From NCBI GenBank assembly GCA_041661625.1, contig JBAZUB010000001.1:523504-587503 (forward strand): 64,000 nucleotides of DNA, given 5' to 3'. Source of the stretch: Patescibacteria group bacterium. GTDB lineage: Bacteria; Patescibacteriota; Patescibacteriia; JAHIZJ01. Under the pieces are notes generated by a model. The model was not told the DNA's origin, searched no databases, and saw only the letters and a list, made by a program, of their open reading frames with translations. A program made the translations under genes and the position numbers. Positions 49,153-59,338 of this stretch are shown piece after piece (positions within the stretch are counted from its first letter, which is position 1; every line of letters begins with the position of its first letter).

Positions 49153-50901
49153 TTATATTCGTTGAGTACAAGTAATCTTGGTCACCCGCTCGACTATTTC
49201 TTGCGGGTAGAATTGTGAACCGTTGTACTTGAGTATTTTGGCAGTAATGGTAATACCAGTGGCTTGGCGCAGCAGCTGAGCAAATTGTCCGGTGGCATTG
49301 TTTTCGATCGCGACCAAATGTTTGGTATTTTTTAATAACTGAACGTAGGTTTTTTCATCTAACGGCCAGGGAGATTGGACATGAATATAATTTACGTTCG
49401 GCAATGATTTCAAGGCTTCCAGCACCGGACCCTTAACCGAACCCCAACCGATCAAAGTCAAACGGGCTTTAGCCGGCCCGTATCGCTTTGGCTTGGGTAG
49501 TTCTTTCAATACTCTCTTTAGTTTTGCCAACCGTTTGTTGGTCTGGGCCAAGCGCATCGCCGGTGTAAAACCTTCGATAGTGAAACCCGCTTCATCGTGC
49601 TCATCACTATTGGTTAGATGTACCCCGCCAGGCTGACCCGGCACTGCCCGCGCTGAGATTCCGCTGGCGGTAATCTGGTAGCGTTGATAGTTTTTTATCT
49701 TGGCCAGTTGAGCGGTCGTTAACATCACACCGCGATCAACGGCCACGGTCGTGTTTGGCAACTTGATAGCCTGATGGCCTTCGGAGAGATATTTGTCCAA
49801 TAATACAAACGTGGGAATCTGATATTTCTCGGCTAAATTTAATGCCAGAGCCGTATGTGTAAACGCTTCTGCTTGATCACCCGGCGCTAACACTGCCCGC
49901 ACAAACTCTCCGTGTCCCGCGTGACAGATATACTGCAGATCGCCTTGTTCGGTCCAGGTGGGTAAGCCGGTCGCCGGTCCGGGACGTTGCGAATCTATGA
50001 CGGTCAATGGCGTCTCGGTCATAGCCGCCAAGCTCACACCCTCGTTCATTAGCGCGAAACCGCCACCGGAAGTCGCTACCAGCGATCGTACGCCGGCATA
50101 ACTGGCGCCAATCGCGTGATGCACGGCGGCAATTTCATCTTCCGGCTGCACCACCAGCATACCTGTTTTATCCGCCCAGTTCGTTAAATTGTGTAATATT
50201 GAAGTGGCCGGAGTCATGGGATAGGCCACATAGTATTGGCAACCAGCAGCGACAGCGCCTAGAGCGGCCATCTCATTGCCCGTGACCAACACACGGTTGT
50301 GTCCAGACTTACCGTGGTCAAACTGATAGGGGTACTGCTTGGGATGAAGTTCTCGCTGGGCATATTGATATCCGAATGTAATCGCCTTCACGTTCGATTC
50401 GGCTACCTCGCTTCCCTTACCGCCAAACATCTCGCGTACTACTTGTTCAATCATCGCTAGATTATGACTCATCAGCCGTACCGCGATACCCAACATAATC
50501 ATGTTGCCGGCGATTATCGGCACCCCGGCTTGTTCGGTCATTGCTTTCAAAGACACGCCGTGCATTTTGCGGCCGCGGGTGTATTTGGCTTCGGGCGTGA
50601 ATTTGTCTTTATCAAACAGAATCAAACCCTCACGCACCACGTCTTTTTGGCAATACGCGAAAGCCTCTGGCGATAACGCGATTAACAGATGAGTCGGCTC
50701 GTATACGGCATAGATTGGTTTATTTGACAGACTGACTTGAAACGTGACAATGCCACCCCGGATCCGTGATGGATATTCCGACATATCACAAACATATAAA
50801 CCAGAACGCATACACGCCTTGGCGAAAATATTACCGGCAATCTGCTGGCCGGCACCAGCCGGTCCACCAATCTCCCAATTAAAGATTTTTGTTTGCACCA
50901 T
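49153..50901 (-). CDS. 2-oxoacid:ferredoxin oxidoreductase alpha subunit (fused gamma-alpha type)
   Basis: MTGNEMAALGAVAAGCQYYVAYPMTPATSILH and C-terminal domain III; adjacent to and co-oriented with the beta subunit. Start trimmed to MVQTKI. Confidence 0.85.
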   Translation of the reverse strand: MVQTKIFNWEIGGPAGAGQQIAGNIFAKACMRSGLYVCDMSEYPSRIRGGIVTFQVSLSNKPIYAVYEPTHLLIALSPEAFAYCQKDVVREGLILFDKDKFTPEAKYTRGRKMHGVSLKAMTEQAGVPIIAGNMIMLGIAVRLMSHNLAMIEQVVREMFGGKGSEVAESNVKAITFGYQYAQRELHPKQYPYQFDHGKSGHNRVLVTGNEMAALGAVAAGCQYYVAYPMTPATSILHNLTNWADKTGMLVVQPEDEIAAVHHAIGASYAGVRSLVATSGGGFALMNEGVSLAAMTETPLTVIDSQRPGPATGLPTWTEQGDLQYICHAGHGEFVRAVLAPGDQAEAFTHTALALNLAEKYQIPTFVLLDKYLSEGHQAIKLPNTTVAVDRGVMLTTAQLAKIKNYQRYQITASGISARAVPGQPGGVHLTNSDEHDEAGFTIEGFTPAMRLAQTNKRLAKLKRVLKELPKPKRYGPAKARLTLIGWGSVKGPVLEALKSLPNVNYIHVQSPWPLDEKTYVQLLKNTKHLVAIENNATGQFAQLLRQATGITITAKILKYNGSQFYPQEIVERVTKITCTQRI

Positions 50902-50951
50902 AGTGTATGTATTGTACCAAAATATCGCCGCTTTAGGAACATCACGACCAT

Positions 50952-50981
50952 CGTAGGCGAGGTTGGCCAACCTCGCCTACG
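50952..50981. repeat. REP-like palindrome (CGTAGGCGAGGTTGGCCAACCTCGCCTACG)
   Basis: Perfect 13-bp stem directly upstream of korA. Confidence 0.6.
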
Positions 50982-51041
50982 GCGTATTTAAATACATTGA
51001 CTTGAAATTAATCCCGTTTATTGCTAAATTAACTTAGTCAT

Positions 51042-51362
51042 ATGGACTTTTTTCAACAAGTTTACGCCATTACCAAACGGATCCCGCGCGGCCGGGTGGC
51101 CACCTATGGCCAGATTGCGGCCATGATTTCCACGCCCCGAGCCGCGCGCGTGGTCGGCTGGGCATTGCACGCACTGGACAATCAACCCTATCCGTGGCAG
51201 CGGGTAATCAATAGCCGGGGCGTGATCAGCACCACTTGCGAGACCCACACCCGGGAATATCAAAAACAGTTGCTTGAATCCGAAGGAGTAAAGGTAGAAA
51301 CCAATGGCGATGAGTATCGGGTTGATTTGAAAAAGTATCTTTGGCAACCAAAAGTTAAATAA
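51042..51362 (+). CDS. alkyltransferase-like (ATL) protein: MGMT DNA-binding domain lacking the acceptor cysteine
   Basis: HTH with RIPRGRVATYGQIA and active-site region YPWQRV (Trp replaces the Cys of PCHRV). Confidence 0.65.
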   Translation: MDFFQQVYAITKRIPRGRVATYGQIAAMISTPRAARVVGWALHALDNQPYPWQRVINSRGVISTTCETHTREYQKQLLESEGVKVETNGDEYRVDLKKYLWQPKVK

Positions 51363-51382
51363 TCGCAGTTCGTGTCTTCTGA

Positions 51383-51453
51383 GCGGGTGTCGTATAATGG
51401 CAATACCTCAGCTTTCCAAGCTGATGCTAGGGGTTCGATTCCCCTCACCCGCT
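51383..51453 (+). tRNA. tRNA-Gly (anticodon UCC)
   Basis: gcgggtg...tcagc-ttTCCaa-gctga...aggggttcgattcccct-cacccgc-t; flanked by extended stem ctgagc/gctcag. Confidence 0.85.
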
Positions 51454-51490
51454 CAGTTGACATGAACAGAATATATTTCATTATTCGATT

Positions 51491-52027
51491 ATGAAAATCG
51501 GTATTATCGCCGACTTACACGATAACCTCCGCCACCTAGAAATCGTGCGCCAAGAATTACTAGGACACAATGTTGAACTGTTGTTGTTCTGTGGAGATTT
51601 CGATATGCCTTTTTCAATGCGAGGCTTTATCGATTTTAATATTCCGATAAAAGCCGTCCTAGGCAATGGCGATCCCGACATCCAGAAGTTTCAATATCAA
51701 TTACAAAATCTTCAGGTACTTAAGAGCCTCGACCTGGATATCGGCTTACGTTTTCAGGATATAACGGTCGATGGCCGCCGTATTGCTATTTCCCACGGTG
51801 ACGACGAAGCGCTGAATAAAGTTATTATTGAAAGCCAGTTGTTTGATGTGTTTTGTCTAGGGCACAATCATGTCCCACGGATTAACCAGGAAGGCAAAAC
51901 AACAATCATAAATCCAGGTTCGTTGGTGGGTTGGTTTTATGAACAGCCGGGACGGTTAGTCCCGGTGACCTATTCGATATACAATACTACCACCGGTACG
52001 GCTGAATTGTACGAAGCCAAGCTATAA
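51491..52027 (+). CDS. metallophosphoesterase, YfcE/MJ0936 family
   Basis: IIADLHDN (DxH), CGDFD (GDxxD), GNGD, GHNH motifs. Confidence 0.7.
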   Translation: MKIGIIADLHDNLRHLEIVRQELLGHNVELLLFCGDFDMPFSMRGFIDFNIPIKAVLGNGDPDIQKFQYQLQNLQVLKSLDLDIGLRFQDITVDGRRIAISHGDDEALNKVIIESQLFDVFCLGHNHVPRINQEGKTTIINPGSLVGWFYEQPGRLVPVTYSIYNTTTGTAELYEAKL

Positions 52028-52277
52028 TCACGCGCTTCGATACTCAATGATTTTATACAATCGCGGCGGGTTGATATCCTATCAGCCATTGACATAAATA
52101 TTGTATCGTGGTATCTTTAGCACCAATCAACAACCGCCCCACAATTTGATGGGGCAAAGACTCGAACCACATTGTGTCATAGCTTTCCGTGACTCAGAGG
52201 AATCGGGTCACGGATCTTCGTTCTCCCTAAACCCACGAACGGAATCCAGCACCCCCGTGGTGCTGGAAAAAGCAATT

Positions 52278-53741
52278 ATGACACAACCTCAAACTGTCCA
52301 GCCCGATTTTACGGCTCTGGGCGTCAACCCAAAACTCGTCCAGATTCTCAAAGGACGGCGGATTTTTACACCCACGCCGATCCAATCTCAAACCATCCCC
52401 ATCGGCCTGACCGGCAAGGATGTGATGGGTATCGCCCAGACCGGTACCGGCAAGACGCTGGCTTTTGGCTTACCCATAATTCAGCGCATCGCCACCAAAG
52501 GCGGCCAGGCTTTGGTTATTCTGCCAACCCGCGAACTGGCGCACCAGGTCAATGAGGCGCTACAGCAGATCGGCAGCGTGATCGGACTGCGCACGGCTAT
52601 TTTGATCGGCGGCGAGAACATTAATCGCCAGATCAAACAATTGGAGCGCAAGCCGCATATTGTCATCGGCACGCCCGGCCGACTGATCGATCACCTACAG
52701 CAAAAAACTCTCAACCTGACCAAGGTGAATATGTTGGTGCTCGATGAAGCCGATCGGATGCTGGACATGGGCTTTCTGCCCCAAATTAAGCAGGTGCTGC
52801 TGAGCGTTTCCCGCGAACGGCAGACGATGCTTTTTTCAGCCACGATGCCCAATACGATCGTCAAAATAGCCCAGGCCACGATGCGCTCACCGCTTCGGAT
52901 CGAGGTCAGCCCAGCCGGTACCGCGGCCGAACATGTCACGCATGAAGTTTTTATCGTGCCAAACGCCAATAAGAATCAACTGCTGGAAAAACTATTGGCT
53001 GAATACCATGGTACTGTCCTGGTGTTCACCCGCACCAAGTTCACGGCTAAAAAGGTTTCCCGCGCCATGAGCCAGCTCAATCACAAAGTTACAGATATAC
53101 ATTCGAACCGATCGCTGTCACAACGTCTGGAAGCGCTCAACGGCTTTAAAAAAGGCAAATATCGGATTCTGATTGCCACCGACATTGCGGCTCGTGGCAT
53201 TGATGTCAAAAACATCGAAGTGGTAGTTAACTACGACCTGCCACAAAACTCCGACGACTACGTACATCGGATTGGCCGCACCGGACGCGCCGGATTGACG
53301 GGCAAGGCGATATCATTTGCCACCCGGGATCAAGTCAAAGATATCCGCCAAATTGAACGACTGATTCGATCGCAAATCCCGGTAACACCCCTGCCTGATT
53401 TCCCGAGGCAAACCACACCATCTGAACCGATGACGCGCGAGTCTCGGCCGGAACGTTCGCGCTTTCAAAAATACCAGCTGCAGCGCGAACAACCCATTGC
53501 CGGTTCACGTTTCAATCGGAATAATCGGTCGGCGCGCCCCCAATTTCCCAGACCACAGACAGAGCATGTTCGATCCACAGACGACACCCAGGGCATACCT
53601 TTTACTACTCCAGCTGAATTCGCCCTTCGTACTGGCATCAAGTCGACTGGCCAAGTGCCGCGCGAACGGTTCTTTAACCGACGCGGCGGTAGTCATGGTC
53701 GGAGCCGCTCCGCTCGACCCCAACGTTCCAAACGGCCCTAA
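52278..53741 (+). CDS. DEAD-box ATP-dependent RNA helicase with basic C-terminal tail
   Basis: Q-motif, AQTGTGKT (I), PTRELA, DEAD (VLDEAD), SAT, HRIGRTGR (VI). The ~250-nt hairpin-rich region 52030-52277 is probably 5' UTR. Confidence 0.85.
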   Translation: MTQPQTVQPDFTALGVNPKLVQILKGRRIFTPTPIQSQTIPIGLTGKDVMGIAQTGTGKTLAFGLPIIQRIATKGGQALVILPTRELAHQVNEALQQIGSVIGLRTAILIGGENINRQIKQLERKPHIVIGTPGRLIDHLQQKTLNLTKVNMLVLDEADRMLDMGFLPQIKQVLLSVSRERQTMLFSATMPNTIVKIAQATMRSPLRIEVSPAGTAAEHVTHEVFIVPNANKNQLLEKLLAEYHGTVLVFTRTKFTAKKVSRAMSQLNHKVTDIHSNRSLSQRLEALNGFKKGKYRILIATDIAARGIDVKNIEVVVNYDLPQNSDDYVHRIGRTGRAGLTGKAISFATRDQVKDIRQIERLIRSQIPVTPLPDFPRQTTPSEPMTRESRPERSRFQKYQLQREQPIAGSRFNRNNRSARPQFPRPQTEHVRSTDDTQGIPFTTPAEFALRTGIKSTGQVPRERFFNRRGGSHGRSRSARPQRSKRP

Positions 53742-53907
53742 CGAGCAATACCAGACCGGCTCAGTATCCGTGGGTCGGTTTTGTGCTGCACATTATTGGC
53801 ATTGACGGACTTGACATTGCGGATAAATAATCTATAATACCTGACAGAGATCCAGGCAAACAGGGTCGTTTGCGCGGGTCTTTCGTTTTCTATTCGCGAC
53901 TGTTAAG

Positions 53908-55095
53908 TTGGGCAGTTGGCGCGGATGGCAGGGGGTGCCATTCGATCGACGACAAGAGTTTGCATCACTAATCACCGGGGGTTCAGAAATGCCATCAAGT
54001 TCACTGGTCGAGTTTCTACTGGAGCACAACGCGCGTCAAAGCGAAGCGTTTTGCAGTCCCGACGCTCGGCTCTGGCGCAAACAGTATCGCAGCCGGCATC
54101 CAACTGAGATTGCGGCGTTGAAGTGCATGGATGGCCGGCTAAACCTGGCGATTATGAGCAACACTCCGCCGGGCATCATCCAACCGTTTCGGAATATTGC
54201 CGGCAAATTCGACATCGGCTGGCCGTACTTCGGGGAATTGCTGGAAGACTGGGTGAACTATTCCATGAGCATGGGGCGCGACTGCCTGATCCTGGTCACC
54301 CATCACTGGTCAAAGGGTGAACGGCATCGGGGCTGCCGCGGCTTCGAATACGACACCGGGTCGGCTGCTAATTACACCCACGAACTCAAAGCCCAGATTG
54401 AACGGGTATTCGGCTCCGGACACGTGGTGGTCTACCCAATCCGTCTCGGCATCGAGACCGACGAGGACGCGTTTGTGCTGTACGGTAACAATGGCGACTA
54501 TCTGAACCTGGCTCAGCTTGGTCAGACATTGCCCGAGGATCTCCAGCTAAGGGTTCAAGCGCTCTACCCCGACATGAAACCGCAGATGGTGAACGATCTT
54601 CTGCCGTTGTTGCTGGGCAACCTGGAGCACATCGCCAATGTCCGGCGCGAACAGAGACCAATCGAGGAGGCACACCACCAGGAGCAGGTTCTGGCGGTGG
54701 GACGCGGATTTGACTGGCTGCACCTGCCAAATAAGGCGCTCATTATCGGACCGTATACCTACGACCTGGCTGAACCAGTCGCCACCGCCGCTGGTATTCT
54801 GCTTTCCAATCTGCAGGAAGAGCGCGTCCCGGCCAATGAAGGTTTCGTGCTTATGACCTCAGCGGTATATCGCGATGAGGCTGGCTCGCAAAGGTTTCGG
54901 GCGATTGAAAAAACCCTCTCGCTGGCTCGATTTGCCGAGACTACCATTAGTCGTACGGTACCACAGCTAAGGGAGCGCTTGGCTATCCTGCCCGGCATCG
55001 TGAACCTGAATACTCGCCGTTTCACTCAGATACCTTTCAACGTTGAACCGGCCGCACACCACACAACCGCTGTGTCGTCGGCTACTGCGATCTGA
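53908..55095 (+). CDS. hypothetical protein (GC-rich); probable start at 53989
   Basis: Long ORF, 58% GC; KCMDGR...HRGC loosely resembles beta-carbonic-anhydrase CxDxR...HxxC, but this is unverified. Confidence 0.4.
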   Translation: MGSWRGWQGVPFDRRQEFASLITGGSEMPSSSLVEFLLEHNARQSEAFCSPDARLWRKQYRSRHPTEIAALKCMDGRLNLAIMSNTPPGIIQPFRNIAGKFDIGWPYFGELLEDWVNYSMSMGRDCLILVTHHWSKGERHRGCRGFEYDTGSAANYTHELKAQIERVFGSGHVVVYPIRLGIETDEDAFVLYGNNGDYLNLAQLGQTLPEDLQLRVQALYPDMKPQMVNDLLPLLLGNLEHIANVRREQRPIEEAHHQEQVLAVGRGFDWLHLPNKALIIGPYTYDLAEPVATAAGILLSNLQEERVPANEGFVLMTSAVYRDEAGSQRFRAIEKTLSLARFAETTISRTVPQLRERLAILPGIVNLNTRRFTQIPFNVEPAAHHTTAVSSATAI

Positions 55096-55121
55096 CCGCG
55101 GCATCACCCAACGACAACTAC

Positions 55122-55150
55122 CGCACACCCATTCGCGAGTGTGCGTTTTC
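55122..55150. terminator. hairpin terminator
   Basis: cgcacac-ccattcgcga-gtgtgcg followed by ttttc. Confidence 0.45.
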
Positions 55151-55191
55151 TTATTTGTTTAAAAGAATATAGTGTGCTCGTCCAATTGCAA

Positions 55192-55842
55192 CTAACCCAG
55201 ATGCGCGTGATCGTTGTATATCCACACGCGCCATCCTATGCCTTCCCGCATTTTGCAATACTTTAATACAGAAAGACCGGTATTTTCCATTGATATTCGC
55301 GATTTGAAGTATTTGAATGTTTCGGGCGTTAGTGAGACACCTAATAGAACCAGCGCAAAAATGACTTGCAGAAAGAACCCGTGTGTCACGACCACAATTT
55401 CCTTCTCTTTCCTAGCCCTAAGGTAATCAAGCGCCTTACCCGCGCGCACAACTAGGTCGTCATAATTTTCACTCTCCTCAACCCTAATACCGGAAGTAAA
55501 TAGGCTTTTTTCCCACTCATTCCATAACTTTTTTGCGTCTTCATCAAGGTGCGATTTGCCCACGAGCCTTGCGGGTTTTGCACGTTCGACGAATAGGTCA
55601 GAATATTCTGGTTTATGCCCAGTTATTCTACCGATTACTTCGGCGGTTTGTTTTGACCGCGTCAGGGGGCTAGCAATTAGCACTTCAAACGAAAGCCTGG
55701 CGATGCGTTTGGCTATGTGCAGCGCCTGCTTTTTACCCAGCTCTGTTAGCGGCGAATCGAGCGGTTGATAGATGGGCAAACTATTTGCCTCGCTTTGACC
55801 GTGACGGACAAAGTAAACAATTTTTTCTGGCTGCTCATTCAT
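55192..55842 (-). CDS. histidine phosphatase family protein (phosphoglycerate mutase-like)
   Basis: KIVYFVRHGQSEAN (RHG motif) and VVTHGFFLQ (second catalytic His). Confidence 0.7.
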   Translation of the reverse strand: MNEQPEKIVYFVRHGQSEANSLPIYQPLDSPLTELGKKQALHIAKRIARLSFEVLIASPLTRSKQTAEVIGRITGHKPEYSDLFVERAKPARLVGKSHLDEDAKKLWNEWEKSLFTSGIRVEESENYDDLVVRAGKALDYLRARKEKEIVVVTHGFFLQVIFALVLLGVSLTPETFKYFKSRISMENTGLSVLKYCKMREGIGWRVWIYNDHAHLG

Positions 55843-55915
55843 TAGCTTGTTGGATCAATAATTATTGCGCCAATCGCGATGTTTCTTCTGCGCCAATCTT
55901 GAAATATTCTCTGCG

Positions 55916-56455
55916 CTAACGCATCAAGAGTATGACCAATATACCAACAGTATTGGAGACTAGGGCGAGTCCGATAAATTGTTTTACCGACAATCGCAAG
56001 AATCCAAAAAAACCAGCAGCAAATTCGTCTGGAAGCGGAGAGCCGAGTATCGCGACTCCGACAGCTATCGATAACCAATTTGGAATCCGTCGTTTCGAAA
56101 CCAGGATACTCATCCTTTCAAACACGCCCTTCCGTGATCCACTTTTAACGATGCTATAAATTGTCAGATCATAGAGAGCCGCCCCTAGCCCGCCTAAAAT
56201 GGCCAAGAGCACTGTATTGCCAGTTTTAGGGATATTAAGAAATATAACCGTGGCCGTGCTTGAGGTAAACGCAAAGGCATAAAGTACGCCACCGACTAGA
56301 GCGCCCACGATGCTCGATTGTCCAAGATTGACGATCAGCTGCTTGGTGCTAGGCATTTGCATCAGCAGAACAGTCAACGCCAATCCCACTAAAAACAGAA
56401 ATAACGGCACTCTTGCTTTACGTAGATTGTTCATATTTCTAGATACTTTTTCCAA
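55916..56455 (-). CDS. integral membrane protein (5 TM), hypothetical
   Basis: Hydropathy; no recognised family. Confidence 0.45.
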   Translation of the reverse strand: MEKVSRNMNNLRKARVPLFLFLVGLALTVLLMQMPSTKQLIVNLGQSSIVGALVGGVLYAFAFTSSTATVIFLNIPKTGNTVLLAILGGLGAALYDLTIYSIVKSGSRKGVFERMSILVSKRRIPNWLSIAVGVAILGSPLPDEFAAGFFGFLRLSVKQFIGLALVSNTVGILVILLMR

Positions 56456-56456
56456 T

Positions 56457-56705
56457 TACACACCTTAATTTAGGCTCTGGCCGGTGTCACCCACTATGTA
56501 ATTACTACAGGCGTTTGACGAGAAGAGTTTCGCTGGTCGGCCCTACCGACCCCGGACTCTGATCCGGGGGAACCGGTCTCCAGGGTCTCGCTGGCCACAC
56601 TTCGCTAAAGTTACGCGTGACACCGCTCGACCCGTCTAAGCTCTCGTAGACTAAAGCAGTTCAGTCTACTCGTGGCTAAGACCCTCCGCGTTGTCCCGAT
56701 AGTTT
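56457..56705 (-). other. structured non-coding region downstream of tRNA-Ala (unassigned; possible small RNA)
   Basis: 250 nt without an ORF; several stable hairpins (gtagact...agtctac; ccccgg...ccgggg; ggtcgg...ccgacc). I could not match it to 5S, SRP, tmRNA or RNase P consensus by eye. Confidence 0.2.
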
Positions 56706-56708
56706 GGG

Positions 56709-56781
56709 TGGACCCTACCGGGCTCGAACCGGTCACCTCCGCGTTGCAAACGCGGCGCTCTACCAAATGAGCTAAGGGCCC
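56709..56781 (-). tRNA. tRNA-Ala (anticodon UGC) with G3:U70
   Basis: gggccct-ta-gctcatttggtagagc-gccgcg-ttTGCaa-cgcggag-gtgac-cggttcgagcccgg-agggtcc-a; flanked by inverted repeat cgatagtttgggtgg/ccacccaaactatcg. Confidence 0.85.
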
Positions 56782-56791
56782 ACCCAAACTA

Positions 56792-56920
<129 letters not shown>

Positions 56921-57118
56921 TCATGGTCTATGCAAACGTGTTGTTTTACTGCATCTCTATTATGTTGGGCCAAACGTTTATCGCTATCTTCAGCACTACC
57001 AATATAGTACCGTCTACTATCGACCGACTGTTATATGTATGTGTCGTACATGTCGTCGCAAAGTATCGGAACAAACGCGATGCCCCGCCTGCCACGACGG
57101 CATGCCGGGCGGGTCTAC

Positions 57119-57140
57119 CAGCTGAGCTAACGGCCCGTGA
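57119..57140 (-). pseudogene. tRNA 5' fragment (gggccgttagctcagctggtag) followed by GC-rich hairpin
   Basis: 19-22 nt identical to a tRNA acceptor + D-arm start; no complete cloverleaf follows. Confidence 0.3.
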
Positions 57141-57298
57141 TCCTGTTGTTACTCATTGCTAAGATGCTTTGGTTGATATAACTGCGAGAACCTGGGCGGG
57201 TCGGTCAGAGACATCGCCCCGCCCGTCTCAGCCGTCGCGACACAAGCGGTTGTGTCGCTCCCCGCTTACAGCGGTGACGGCTTCGACCCAGCTGAGCT

Positions 57299-57318
57299 AA
57301 CGGCCCAAGTTGTTGTTC
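57299..57318 (-). pseudogene. second copy of tRNA 5' fragment (gggccgttagctcagctggg)
   Basis: Same 19-mer as 57119-57140, 180 nt away, again followed by a long GC-rich structured insert. Confidence 0.3.
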
Positions 57319-57345
57319 TCGTGTCTAAGAACCTATTTATGTATC

Positions 57346-57400
57346 TCAGATGAATCCCGATGTGGCTATAGGCCAATCGGGATCCCGACTCCCGTCATCG
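57346..57400. repeat. small palindromic element related to the one at 33729-33786 (TIR tcccgatg/catcggga, core atcgggatcccga)
   Basis: tcccgatgtggctataggccaatcgggatcccgactcccgtcatcggga. Confidence 0.4.
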
Positions 57401-57411
57401 GGACGTCGAGA

Positions 57412-57683
57412 CTAACGGACCGCGATTAAGTTCCTGATACCGGGAAGAATTGCTCCAAAAAACCCAGGCGTATACGTCCGAACGCGATTACTATGGATAC
57501 CAAAATTAATACCAACCCAACCACCCGATAAAAAATGCTGGTACCGCCATACAACTTGAAAACACGCCTTTCCACCCACTGAATTGGGCCGGTGATATTC
57601 ATAATCCAATTGGGTTTGAGGGCAAAGAATAGCCCACCAGCCATAAAACACAACGCAATAATGTATCTCATTTGTTTATTCAA
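57412..57683 (-). CDS. small membrane protein (2 TM), hypothetical
   Basis: 85-aa hydrophobic ORF. Confidence 0.3.
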
Positions 57684-57758
57684 ATTCTATCTGAACGGGT
57701 CCCCATCCGACGGGACTGTATTGCAAACAATTACTATAACGCGCCACGCTCTGCGTGG

Positions 57759-57843
57759 TGCGCGGGAGAGGACTCGAACCTCCACGGCCTTGCGACCACT
57801 AGCACCTCAAGCTAGCGCGTTTACCAAATTACGCCACCCGCGC
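57759..57843 (-). tRNA. tRNA-Leu (anticodon GAG), long variable arm
   Basis: gcgcggg-tg-gcgtaatttggtaaacgc-g-ctagc-ttGAGgt-gctag-tggtcgcaaggccgtgg-aggttcgagtcctc-tcccgcgc-a. Confidence 0.8.
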
Positions 57844-57942
57844 ATGTTACATAAAACTTGAAACTACGAAAACATCGGTAGGTATGTAACCCAGTACCCG
57901 AGCGAAGCGAATGGTGCTGGGCGCCCGCGCCTGTCGGCAATG

Positions 57943-58302
57943 TTACTGTTTCCGTCTTTTATTCTTGGCGCTGTCTTTCAACGGTCGGGCCTTGGGGTCG
58001 CGAGAATAATACAGTTTGGCACGGCGAATGTCGGACGAGCGCACGATTTCTATCTTGGCAATCTGGGGTGAATGCACCGGAAAAATGCGTTCCACGCCGA
58101 TGCCTTCCGATACTTTTCGTACGGTGATAGTGCTGCGCAAACCAATTCCATTATTGCGAGCCAACACCATGCCTTCAAAAATCTGGATGCGTTCTTTTTC
58201 GCCTTCTTTGACCCGCTGGTGGACTCGAATGGTTTGGCCAGACTTAATATCCGGCATATCCGGTTTGATTTTGCTTTGCTCCAAAGCGTGAATAACGTCC
58301 AT
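57943..58302 (-). CDS. rplS: 50S ribosomal protein L19
   Basis: [70 protein letters not shown] matches L19. Confidence 0.85.
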   Translation of the reverse strand: MDVIHALEQSKIKPDMPDIKSGQTIRVHQRVKEGEKERIQIFEGMVLARNNGIGLRSTITVRKVSEGIGVERIFPVHSPQIAKIEIVRSSDIRRAKLYYSRDPKARPLKDSAKNKRRKQ

Positions 58303-58417
58303 GATATACTGCGTTACAAATAAAAAGACTACCGAGAGTATAGCTAAATTGCCCCTGAATGTCAACTGTGCCGACGACCTATCGCGTGAAGGGTTTAACC
58401 CACGCTCCGACCAAACA

Positions 58418-59338
58418 TTAGCCTTTTCTCAGGCTTTTTAGGGTCTGCTGCCACCAGGCTGGCGGGTCTATCTTGAAAGACTGGCTCTGGCCGTCACGGT
58501 CGGAAAACTCCAGGCGGTCGGCTAAAAGCATCAGATGTTCGGTGCTAGCCAAACGGCTAAACCGGCTGATCCGATATAATGGGTCGCCAACTAGCGGATG
58601 TCCTAGCCCGTGAAAGTGAACCCGGATTTGGTGGGTTCGGCCGGTGAGAGTTTTTACTCCCACTAACGCCATGTGGTTGAATCTTTCCAATACCTCATAC
58701 TCGGTATGCGCCGATCGCCCTTCGGCCTGTTCGCTGGGACGGCTCGACATGCGGCCTTCTTTGGTTCGGACAATATTGAAAGTAATTGCGCCCTCGTCCG
58801 GCAAAACGGGATCATACACCAGGGCTAAATAATGTTTGTGTATTTTATGAGCCTGGAATTGGCTTTTGTAATATTCAAACGACGCTTGATTCAATGTCAC
58901 CAAAATAAGTCCACTGGCCTCCTTATCCAACCGATGGACAATGCCGGGCCGGATCGGATCGTCGCCGACTTTTATGATATCCGGCCAACGATGTGTCAAC
59001 CCGTTGACCAGTGTATGAGCCGGCGCACCTTCGGCCGGATGTACCACCAAGCCAGCCGGTTTTACGATTACCGCGTAATCTGCTGTCTCGGCCAGTATTT
59101 TAAAATCAATATCCGGTTCGGGTAATGTGTTCATAATTGGCCGAGCGACTGGTTCAAAATTTATTTTGTCATTAACACACAACGCCAAATGTGGCTTGGC
59201 TATCACGCCATTAACCCAAACTCGCTGATCTAGAATCAGTTTTTGGATCCAGGACCGGCTATATTCCGGATGCTGGTTGTGCAAGTATTTATCTAGGCGC
59301 TGCCCGATGGCTTCGGGTGCGATGGTGAGGTGTTCCAT
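58418..59338 (-). CDS. RluA-family pseudouridine synthase (RluD-like, S4 domain + catalytic domain)
   Basis: QRLDKYL (S4), [13 protein letters not shown] (catalytic Asp), and YLALV... motifs. Confidence 0.8.
   Translation of the reverse strand: MEHLTIAPEAIGQRLDKYLHNQHPEYSRSWIQKLILDQRVWVNGVIAKPHLALCVNDKINFEPVARPIMNTLPEPDIDFKILAETADYAVIVKPAGLVVHPAEGAPAHTLVNGLTHRWPDIIKVGDDPIRPGIVHRLDKEASGLILVTLNQASFEYYKSQFQAHKIHKHYLALVYDPVLPDEGAITFNIVRTKEGRMSSRPSEQAEGRSAHTEYEVLERFNHMALVGVKTLTGRTHQIRVHFHGLGHPLVGDPLYRISRFSRLASTEHLMLLADRLEFSDRDGQSQSFKIDPPAWWQQTLKSLRKG

Noticed and set aside
52101-52277. N-terminal 59-aa extension of the DEAD-box helicase ORF (start at 52101)
   Set aside because: The extension is not helicase-like and overlaps a hairpin-dense segment (ccagcacc-cccgt-ggtgctgg). 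The conserved Q-motif begins right after the Met at 52278, so the upstream part is more plausibly 5' UTR.
56923-57162. 79-aa ORF in the AT-rich spacer upstream of tRNA-Ala
   Set aside because: No SD, overlaps tRNA-fragment sequences on the opposite strand, low-complexity hydrophobic composition; likely spurious.
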